Below are positions 1-6,243 of a stretch of DNA of 10,273 nucleotides, piece after piece. The stretch covers positions 1 to 10,273 of the forward strand of contig JBHLRZ010000063.1 of the NCBI GenBank assembly GCA_048882045.1. The letters are read 5' to 3'. The notes under the pieces are model-generated. The model worked only from the letters and a program-made list of their open reading frames with translations, made no database searches and was not told where the DNA came from. The stretch comes from Candidatus Thorarchaeota archaeon. GTDB taxonomy: Archaea > Asgardarchaeota > Thorarchaeia > Thorarchaeales > Thorarchaeaceae. The translations under genes were made by a program, and so were the position numbers. Every line of letters starts with the position of its first letter. Position 1 is the stretch's first letter.

Positions 1-430
1 ACACAGTATTACCTGTTGTCCACTCAATGTGAACATGATTATCTCTAATCATGCCAAGGAGTTGTTGTAGTAACTTAATTCCTACATAATCGTAGGTTCC
101 CTACAATTTGAATCAGTGTACCTCCATCCTCTGCAGTCCACGCGTCAGACTCTCCATGACACATTTCACCGAGTCATCGACGTTGACGGTCCTCCACCGG
201 GAATGGCACCAATCTCATGGCCTGGTCCCGATGGACCTTTGTTCAGTGTTCAAGACGTCTGAACTCCGGACCTAACGCTAGCACATCACGTTTTCAGTGA
301 GCGCTCCGCCAGCCTAATTGGTTGGCGATTTAAAGCTTGCTATGCGTCGAGGGTGAAAACCGTCACCAGTGCCACCAGAACAGCCTCACGACGTTTACGT
401 CGCATAAGACCTTCTCTTCGACGAGAGCAC
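1..430 (-). ncRNA. Putative large structured non-coding RNA (at least 430 nt, probably truncated by the window edge; possibly OLE-like)
   Basis: The ORF track shows no ORF of 60 aa or more in 1-486. Minus-strand helices found by eye: 414-427, 382-411 (GUCUUA..CGACG-UAAA-CGUCG-UGAGGC), 352-367, 338-348/274-283 (closing stem), 307-327, 286-300, 241-264, 224-237 (GGUCC-AUCG-GGACC), 268-272/188-192, 145-178, 81-96, 65-70/101-106, 32-55 (GGCAUGAUUA-GAGA-UAAUCAUGUU, GNRA loop) and 3-16. Several stems contain G-U pairs on the minus strand that would be A-C mismatches on the plus strand, which fixes the polarity. A BRE-TATA element lies just upstream. Confidence 0.75.
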
Positions 431-450
431 ATCTTTCCCATCAGAATTTG

Positions 451-465
451 CGTATAAAGCTTTTG
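451..465 (-). promoter_or_regulatory. Archaeal BRE + TATA box for the putative ncRNA
   Basis: The minus strand reads CAAAAGC-TTTATACG: an A-rich BRE directly followed by TTTATA (458-453). A pyrimidine/purine step (T/G) at 431/430 lies about 23-28 nt downstream, right where the first hairpin begins. Confidence 0.7.
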
Positions 466-486
466 ACAGAGGCTGTATTTTGAGCT

Positions 487-1194
487 CTATTTCAGAGATA
501 GTGCCTTGTTCTGAGCCTCAATAAGATCTGAGATTCCCTTGGTAGCAAGATCAAGCATCTCATTGAGTGCAGCTCGACCAAACCTTGCACCTTCTGCAGT
601 ACCCTGTACCTCTACGAACTGATTGTCCAACATTACAATATTCATATCAACATCTGCAGTCGCATCCTCTACATAACAGAGGTCTAGAAGGGCATCTCCG
701 TCAATCAGACCCACGCTAACAGCGGCAACATTTCCGTTTAACGGACGTTCAGATATCAAATCCATGTCGACCATGTATTGGAGTGCGTCACAAAGAGCTA
801 TATAGGCGCCGGTGATTGATGCAGTCCTTGTTCCTCCGTCAGCTTGGATGACATCACAGTCTATGCGGATTGTGTTATCGCCTAATCTGTCCATGTCGAC
901 AGCAGCTCTTAGAGAACGACCTATCAACCGTTGAATCTCCTGAGCTCGACCACTCATCTTGTATCGGTTCATTCGATCATCAGTTGAACGGGGTAGCATA
1001 CCATACTCAGCAGTCACCCACCCCTGGCCTCTTCCATTCAGCCAGCCGGGGACTACCTCTTCCACTGTAGCAGTACATATGACCTTGGTTTCACCCGTTG
1101 ACACTAGGACGGATCCTTCGGGGTGTTTGAGAAAGTTTCTGACAAATTCGACAGGACGAAGTTCGTCGTTCGCTCTACCATCAGCTCTTGGCAT
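487..1194 (-). CDS. rph: Ribonuclease PH (bacterial-type phosphorolytic 3'-5' exoribonuclease / tRNA nucleotidyltransferase)
   Basis: 235 aa. Contains R-x-DGR-x3-[36 protein letters not shown], the RNase PH signature [30 protein letters not shown] and EVQGTAE. Confidence 0.96.
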   Translation of the reverse strand: MPRADGRANDELRPVEFVRNFLKHPEGSVLVSTGETKVICTATVEEVVPGWLNGRGQGWVTAEYGMLPRSTDDRMNRYKMSGRAQEIQRLIGRSLRAAVDMDRLGDNTIRIDCDVIQADGGTRTASITGAYIALCDALQYMVDMDLISERPLNGNVAAVSVGLIDGDALLDLCYVEDATADVDMNIVMLDNQFVEVQGTAEGARFGRAALNEMLDLATKGISDLIEAQNKALSLK

Positions 1195-1260
1195 AGTGAT
1201 GAACCCATATTTTGACTAAGAAATCGACTATTAATCACTGTCGGGGAATGTAGGAGATAG

Positions 1261-1267
1261 TTTTATT
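1261..1267 (+). promoter_or_regulatory. Probable TATA box for the nucleotidyltransferase gene (leaderless or short leader)
   Basis: TTTTATT after purine-rich GAGATAG, about 24-30 nt upstream of the TTG at 1291. Confidence 0.4.
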
Positions 1268-1290
1268 GAGGTTCCTACACCTGATGAAGC

Positions 1291-2361
1291 TTGGAGTCTT
1301 TGGTAGAGAACACGAGGAGAGAGCAAAAATTGAAAGACCTTCACAAAAGATTTGACGATGCCCTTCGTGACACTGTGAATGAGTGGAGGGACCATAAAGA
1401 GGTGAAGGGGATTTTTGCATATGGTTCTTATGTGAGAGGTACAGTTACCGCAAACTCAGACCTTGACATCGGCATCATCTGGGGTGCAGATGATGCTCCA
1501 GTAAGGCTCATGTCAACACACAAGGAAGTCCCTGTCGACATGGTCTTCATGACTGTGAGTGATGTTGAGGGTGTTTTTAATGGGACTACTAAAGAAGTGA
1601 CTAAAATATCAGAGGTCATCAACCGACTGAGAAACTCTAAGGTGGTCCACGACACAGATGGACTCGTTAAGAGTTGGCAGGAAAAAACTGTGAATTACAC
1701 TTGGTCGGAGGAGGCTATCACACAGGTCAAAAATATAGCAATGGAGCACTTGAAGAGAGCAAGAAAGTTTGCGCAAGAGGATGAGGGACCCAGTGCAATT
1801 TTCGAACTGAGAGAGGGTCTCTTCAATATCGGTCGAGTCATCATCATGATAAACAACATTTTCCAAATACTCAAACCTGCTGAGGTGTTGACCGAAGTCA
1901 GAATGCTCGATCCAATTGCGTATTCTTTGTTTCTAAGAGCATACAAACTCAAAGGCATGTATGAACCAAAGCTCCTCAAGGTTCTAGAAGACATGCGACA
2001 GTGGTTGGAAATAGCAGAAGCCAAAATTAATACAGTCACAACAGATGAACAAGCCATCCTTGCCACTGAGCTGCTTTCACAAGCTCAGAGAGAGTATCAA
2101 GGATCACTACGTCTTACTTACAATGGCGACTACGAACTTGCAGTTCTGGAGATGCGGCAAGCAGCGTGTTCTTTGGGACGCGCGCTCATCACTCTCAAGG
2201 AGTTTTCAAGTTTCATTGATGGCGCTTTTATGGATCAGCTTGGTGAGAGCGAACCAGTGTTTTACGAAGAGATACTCATGGAACACGGAGCTTATGATAT
2301 CCTTCCAAAGGAAATTACACGAATTATCAGCGAAACAGAGTTCATCGCTCAACGATTCTAG
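1291..2361 (+). CDS. Pol-beta superfamily nucleotidyltransferase (MNT/KNTase-like) with two C-terminal HEPN-like helical repeats
   Basis: Has the hG[GS]x9-13DhDh motif (YGSYVRGTVTANSDLDI) and a third acidic residue in VPVDMVF. Two similar helical segments follow: AMEHLKRARKFAQEDEGPSAIFELREG and AQREYQGSLRLTYNGDYELAVLEMRQA. TTG start. Confidence 0.85.
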   Translation: MESLVENTRREQKLKDLHKRFDDALRDTVNEWRDHKEVKGIFAYGSYVRGTVTANSDLDIGIIWGADDAPVRLMSTHKEVPVDMVFMTVSDVEGVFNGTTKEVTKISEVINRLRNSKVVHDTDGLVKSWQEKTVNYTWSEEAITQVKNIAMEHLKRARKFAQEDEGPSAIFELREGLFNIGRVIIMINNIFQILKPAEVLTEVRMLDPIAYSLFLRAYKLKGMYEPKLLKVLEDMRQWLEIAEAKINTVTTDEQAILATELLSQAQREYQGSLRLTYNGDYELAVLEMRQAACSLGRALITLKEFSSFIDGAFMDQLGESEPVFYEEILMEHGAYDILPKEITRIISETEFIAQRF

Positions 2362-2408
2362 GTTAGATTGATTAGGATAATTTGAAAATCCCATATTCAG
2401 TGGTTACG

Positions 2409-2972
2409 ATGACTGCTGTTCAGATATTGAAGCTCTTGAGTGTTACTTTGACAAGAGAAAAACAGGACATTCTAGAGAAGGAGCTTGGGAAGTATGGTAA
2501 AGCCACTAATTGGACTATCAAGCAGATTCTGAAACAGCATCTCACAGCACCAGTAAAGACGATGGATGTTCTTAGAGATTCATTCACAGAACAATTCGAC
2601 AAACGTGATCAGTACTTTCAGGATGTTGTGAAAACCGCAAGAGTTGAGATATCGAACCACCGGAAGTTGGCGAAAACTGTTCGGAGTATGAGGGACAAGA
2701 CACCCTTCTTTAAACCGGGCAGGATGATTCTCTCACAACCCCTTCTCAGACTAAGCGAGAAGGCTGTGACGCTCTCAATTCCAGATGGTACTAAATTGGC
2801 CATACCTTTTGACAAAAGGAGTAGAAATCGGTTGGTTGAGAAGATTCAGTCAATATTGAGAGGAGAGAAATCTGGTGAAATCAATCGAAAATATGGTCGA
2901 ATACGTATCACTTGGAACAAAGAGGGATTCGCAGATATAGATATTCGAGCAATTATCTCAGACAACCCATGA
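2409..2972 (+). CDS. Basic protein resembling the N-terminal WED/REC region of TnpB/Cas12f, lacking RuvC
   Basis: The ORF track gives 2382-2972 (TTG). I prefer the ATG at 2409 because TTTGAA at 2381-2386 sits at TATA distance from it. The pattern LKLLSVTLTREKQDILEKELGKYGKATNWTI ... YFQDVVKTA ... PFFK ... ILSQPLLRL..AVTL...GTKLAIP ... YGRIRITWNKEGFADIDI follows the usual order of TnpB N-terminal elements. The protein ends before any G[VI]D[LV]G RuvC-I motif. The ORF is probably real; the fold call is from pattern recognition only. Confidence 0.6.
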   Translation: MTAVQILKLLSVTLTREKQDILEKELGKYGKATNWTIKQILKQHLTAPVKTMDVLRDSFTEQFDKRDQYFQDVVKTARVEISNHRKLAKTVRSMRDKTPFFKPGRMILSQPLLRLSEKAVTLSIPDGTKLAIPFDKRSRNRLVEKIQSILRGEKSGEINRKYGRIRITWNKEGFADIDIRAIISDNP

Positions 2973-3839
2973 TACGATTGATCCAGAAGGATCACCTGTA
3001 TACACGACATCTTTCGTGTTAGACCAAGTCAGTGATGTGATTCCTGTCACAAGTTTTCCTGATGCGACTTCTTTACCATCCTCAACAGACCAGATTCGTA
3101 GTGTTCGGTCCCAACTTCCAGATGCAAGAAACATTCCAGAAGGATCTACAGCCATCGAACTAACTATGTCTGAGTGTCCAGACATCTTCAATCTGTCATC
3201 GCTGTTTTCGATATTGATTCTCAGAATGGTACCACCATTTTGTCCGAGAAACACGGATGACCCATCTGGAGTAGAGGTCATTGACCTAAGGCGAGGTCCC
3301 TTCTTTCGTAATGTCTTGATTAGTTCATAGTTAGATAAATCCCAGAGTTTACATTCTCCATCATACGAAGAGGTCAACATCCTCTTCTCCCCCTCCAGCA
3401 AGATAATTCCAGATATGTCTGATTTGTGTGCCTGTAGATTCTTTGTACATTTCAGGCTTTTGAGGGAGAAAAGCTTGATTTCACCGTCACGAGCTCCTGA
3501 AGCGCCTTTTCCCGAAGAGGGGGAGGTTGTAAGAGCTCGGACCTCGGAAGCATGCTTCAGTACAATTGGATCTTCTCTGGATTTTGTGTTCCAGAGTCTT
3601 GTTGTCTTGTCTCGACTGCAAGAAACCACTGATGTTGAACTACTTGTGAAGGCAACAGCAGCTACTGCTCCATCGTGGCCTTTTAGCCCTCGTTTTGTTT
3701 TTCCAGTCTTGGAATCTATCAGTATGATTGAGCCATCGGAAGACCCACTAACAAGTAGCCGTCCTTTAGGAGCTATTGCGATGCTTGTCAGTGAGGGAGA
3801 TACTCCACCAGTTGGTCGAAAAAGGATGGTCTTTTCCAA
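2958..3839 (-). CDS. WD40-repeat beta-propeller protein (about 7 blades)
   Basis: Repeated GH...S.S.D..h.hW units: LKGHDGAV..SCSRDKTTRLWN, QAHKSDI..TSSYDGECKLWD, MSGHSDIV..SGSWDRTLRIWS. TTG start with GGTGAT Shine-Dalgarno at 3850-3845. Confidence 0.95.
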   Translation of the reverse strand: MEKTILFRPTGGVSPSLTSIAIAPKGRLLVSGSSDGSIILIDSKTGKTKRGLKGHDGAVAAVAFTSSSTSVVSCSRDKTTRLWNTKSREDPIVLKHASEVRALTTSPSSGKGASGARDGEIKLFSLKSLKCTKNLQAHKSDISGIILLEGEKRMLTSSYDGECKLWDLSNYELIKTLRKKGPRLRSMTSTPDGSSVFLGQNGGTILRINIENSDDRLKMSGHSDIVSSMAVDPSGMFLASGSWDRTLRIWSVEDGKEVASGKLVTGITSLTWSNTKDVVYTGDPSGSIVSWVV

Positions 3840-3844
3840 TCTAT

Positions 3845-3894
3845 ATCACCATGAAACAAGCATCAAATGATGGTCAAGGAAAATTCAGTTAAAA
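3845..3894 (-). promoter_or_regulatory. TATA box and Shine-Dalgarno of the WD40 gene
   Basis: Minus-strand TTTTAA at 3894-3889 and GGTGAT at 3850-3845, 5 nt before the TTG start. Confidence 0.5.
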
Positions 3895-3906
3895 GTGTGT
3901 AACATA

Positions 3907-4905
3907 TCATCTGCGTCTGAACATGAAAATGATCACAGGGACCACAATGATTGCTCCTGCAGCAACCCATAGAAGAGTAGGATTGTCAACTGGAAATGAT
4001 GTACCACTGTTGGCATATTCAACGACAAAGACCTCTAACACTTCACCCACAGTCTGTAGACTTTCAGCACTACACTTTTCAGGGGTGTCCTCAACGGTGT
4101 GCCAATACCAAGGAAATGGGTAGTGAATCAGATCCACAGATGGTATTCCAACATTTAGAAAAGGCCGATGATCATCAGTGATTGAAGCTCCACCGGTTTC
4201 AAGAAAGGTATCATTGTGACCTAGTTGATGGGCGATGCTCCAGATTGTGTTCTGAAGGGATGTTGTGGAACTACTCTCACGTGGCAAACGCAAGTTTTCG
4301 TCTCCCACCATATCAGCTAGAATCATTGCTTGAATGGAGCTAATCCGTACCGAACTGAGTTGTGATACATAATAGGTGGCACCCTGTATCCAGTCCCAAC
4401 CGTCAATCTGCCCAGAGTCCTCAGCGTCAAAGAGAACCAGTTCTACAGTCGATCGTACAGTTTCAGGTAATGAACGAGCAAGTTCCATGAGAACAGCAAC
4501 ACCACTTGCACCATCATTGGCTCCGAGCACCGGTTTTGTTCGGTTCTCAATGTATGGGTCGGATGTCGCTCGGGGCCGCGTGTCGTAGTGAGCTCCGAGG
4601 ATTATTGGGGAAGTTTGCGAAGATTCCCATGTTGCGATGATGTTGACACATTCAACCTCCATGTAAGTGAAATCTTGCAACGTCACGTTCCATCCGAAAG
4701 ATTCGATTGTTTCGGCAATGTATGCTCTACTACGGGTGAGATTTCCTGAACCTGGAGGACGAGGGCCAAAGTCACACTGGTCAATTAGATACTGATAGGC
4801 ATTGGTACCATTGAAGCTGGGGACATGAGTAATCTGATGAGGGCCAATTGAACTCACTGAAACAACAAGCAGCAGTATAATAGAAGCAGTCCAGAACTCT
4901 CTCAT
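3907..4905 (-). CDS. M28-family Zn metalloenzyme, glutaminyl-cyclase-like, with N-terminal signal peptide and C-terminal membrane anchor
   Basis: Motifs FGPRPPGS, GAHYDTR, GANDGASGVAVLMELA, LFDAED, DMVGD, DDHRPF and WHTVEDT. Hydrophobic N-terminus (WTASIILLLVVSV) and C-terminal LLWVAAGAIIVVPVIIFMF-RRR. Confidence 0.9.
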   Translation of the reverse strand: MREFWTASIILLLVVSVSSIGPHQITHVPSFNGTNAYQYLIDQCDFGPRPPGSGNLTRSRAYIAETIESFGWNVTLQDFTYMEVECVNIIATWESSQTSPIILGAHYDTRPRATSDPYIENRTKPVLGANDGASGVAVLMELARSLPETVRSTVELVLFDAEDSGQIDGWDWIQGATYYVSQLSSVRISSIQAMILADMVGDENLRLPRESSSTTSLQNTIWSIAHQLGHNDTFLETGGASITDDHRPFLNVGIPSVDLIHYPFPWYWHTVEDTPEKCSAESLQTVGEVLEVFVVEYANSGTSFPVDNPTLLWVAAGAIIVVPVIIFMFRRR

Positions 4906-4943
4906 CGCAATACAATCCCCTGAGAAGGACCCTAAGAAGTTTT

Positions 4944-6164
4944 TCAGCTTGAATTGTTAATTCGTGAATGGACCACTTGTTTGATGATAGTGGGCAACTC
5001 CCTTGGTAGACTCTTCAACACAGTATAGGGTATATCAGAATAGCCAATCTCTCCACGTGCAACCTTTGCCATGATTGAGTTGGCAAGTCTGTGACCACTA
5101 ACTCTGGGAAGTATGATTTCAGCGAGTGGAGTGCCTCCAGATCCAACTCGTCCAGCGAATGAGAAGTTTGCAGAGAAGCGGTCTTGACACATCTGTTGGT
5201 ACTCGGACAGTATTTCTTCGTCATATCGTTCTTCATCGATTGCTTTGGAGAGTACTGAGGCGGCACACACACCAGACTGCATTGCGTATGCAATTCCTTC
5301 CCCCATCATTGGATCAACAAATCCCGCAGCATCACCGATTAATATGGCACGATTAGTCACGTTCTTGCTTCGTAGACCATCACCGCCAATGAAAAAGGTC
5401 CGCCTCTTGTCCAGATTGAGAGGAACCCCTAATCGTTCCTCAGTCTTTCTACAGAAATCGTCAAATTTCTGTCTTAGGTCTCGCATATGAACTCCTGATC
5501 CAGCTACCCCTATTGCAAGATGTTCCTTCTTGGGAAATACCCATCCATAGCTGATTTGGTTTTCAGCTGGGCAAATCTCAAGGATTGTCGGATTTCCATC
5601 TGTTGCATTCTGAACTCCCTCTTCTCCCACATAGAAATCAGACTCCATACCAAGACCTACCTTGAGCAGGTCCTTTCTTTTTGGACGAAGTCCTAGAGCT
5701 CTGCTTACAACGGAATTCACTCCGTCTGCTCCAAGGAGATACTTACCTCTATATTCCCTTCCATCTGCGAGTTCCACTATAGCCGATTGATCAGTCACTA
5801 AAGCATTCTTGACACGAGAGTCTTCGATGAGTTCAGCTCCCGCTTTGGTAGCCCTTCTTGCGAGGAACTCGTCAAACCTGTGCCGAAATACAGTAATTCC
5901 CATCAGTCTGTCGGAGGTAAATTCAGCTACCTTCTCACCTGGAAGGAGAAATCTGAGACCGTGGATTCTCTGCTCAACAATGTTTCTAGGCACCTTACCT
6001 CCGATCAATCTGAGCGCACGATACATCACAGCTCCACCACAAGGTTTCTCACGTGGTAGTCGCTCCTTTTCAAGAAGGAGCGTGCTTAAGCCCATGCTAG
6101 CACAATCATATGCTGCAGTAGATCCTGCGGGACCAGCTCCAACCACGATAACATCATAGATCAA
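4944..6164 (-). CDS. Geranylgeranyl reductase family FAD-dependent oxidoreductase
   Basis: VVGAGPAG dinucleotide-binding motif, EKPCGG, GADG, YGWVFPK and GDAAGFVDPMMGEGI. TTG start with AGGAG upstream. Confidence 0.92.
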   Translation of the reverse strand: MIYDVIVVGAGPAGSTAAYDCASMGLSTLLLEKERLPREKPCGGAVMYRALRLIGGKVPRNIVEQRIHGLRFLLPGEKVAEFTSDRLMGITVFRHRFDEFLARRATKAGAELIEDSRVKNALVTDQSAIVELADGREYRGKYLLGADGVNSVVSRALGLRPKRKDLLKVGLGMESDFYVGEEGVQNATDGNPTILEICPAENQISYGWVFPKKEHLAIGVAGSGVHMRDLRQKFDDFCRKTEERLGVPLNLDKRRTFFIGGDGLRSKNVTNRAILIGDAAGFVDPMMGEGIAYAMQSGVCAASVLSKAIDEERYDEEILSEYQQMCQDRFSANFSFAGRVGSGGTPLAEIILPRVSGHRLANSIMAKVARGEIGYSDIPYTVLKSLPRELPTIIKQVVHSRINNSS

Positions 6165-6243
6165 GTCTTCTGCGCTCCTACTCTGGAATTGAAACCTAAT
6201 TCTTGAAACTACAAAATCATTCTACATGATGCACTAATTAGCT

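Noticed and set aside
1-52. Possible start of a minus-strand CDS at ATG 52 (MIRDNHVHIEWTTGNTV...), open to the window edge
   Set aside because: Only 17 codons are visible and the ATG is buried in a 10-bp GNRA-capped hairpin, so RNA structure is the simpler reading. It cannot be excluded without flanking sequence; if real, the ncRNA would end near position 60.
1-430. RNase P RNA, SRP RNA, tRNA, rRNA or group I/II intron
   Set aside because: No GAGGAAAGUCC, no SRP helix-8 motif, no cloverleaf/TPsiC arm, no extended rRNA conserved blocks (GGUGAAAUG alone is too short), and no GUGYG start, domain V or intron-encoded ORF.
1-430. CRISPR array or simple repeat array
   Set aside because: The hairpins all differ in sequence, and there are no regularly spaced direct repeats.
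1291-2361. MNT-HEPN toxin-antitoxin module or CCA-adding enzyme
   Set aside because: No Rx4-6H motif in the helical repeats (RLMSTH and RNSKVVH fall in the NTase domain), and the architecture is unlike archaeal class I CCA enzymes.
870-2815. Short alternative ORFs overlapping rph, the NTase and the TnpB-like gene (870-1070, 959-1219, 1235-1420, 1428-1655, 1609-1866, 1695-2066, 2045-2371, 2206-2394, 2420-2602, 2618-2815)
   Set aside because: Antisense or out-of-frame shadows of better-supported genes, with no recognisable motifs.
2362-2972. Intact IS200/IS605 or IS607 element, or type V CRISPR effector
   Set aside because: No RuvC or Zn-finger half, no TnpA, no subterminal hairpins and no CRISPR repeats nearby.
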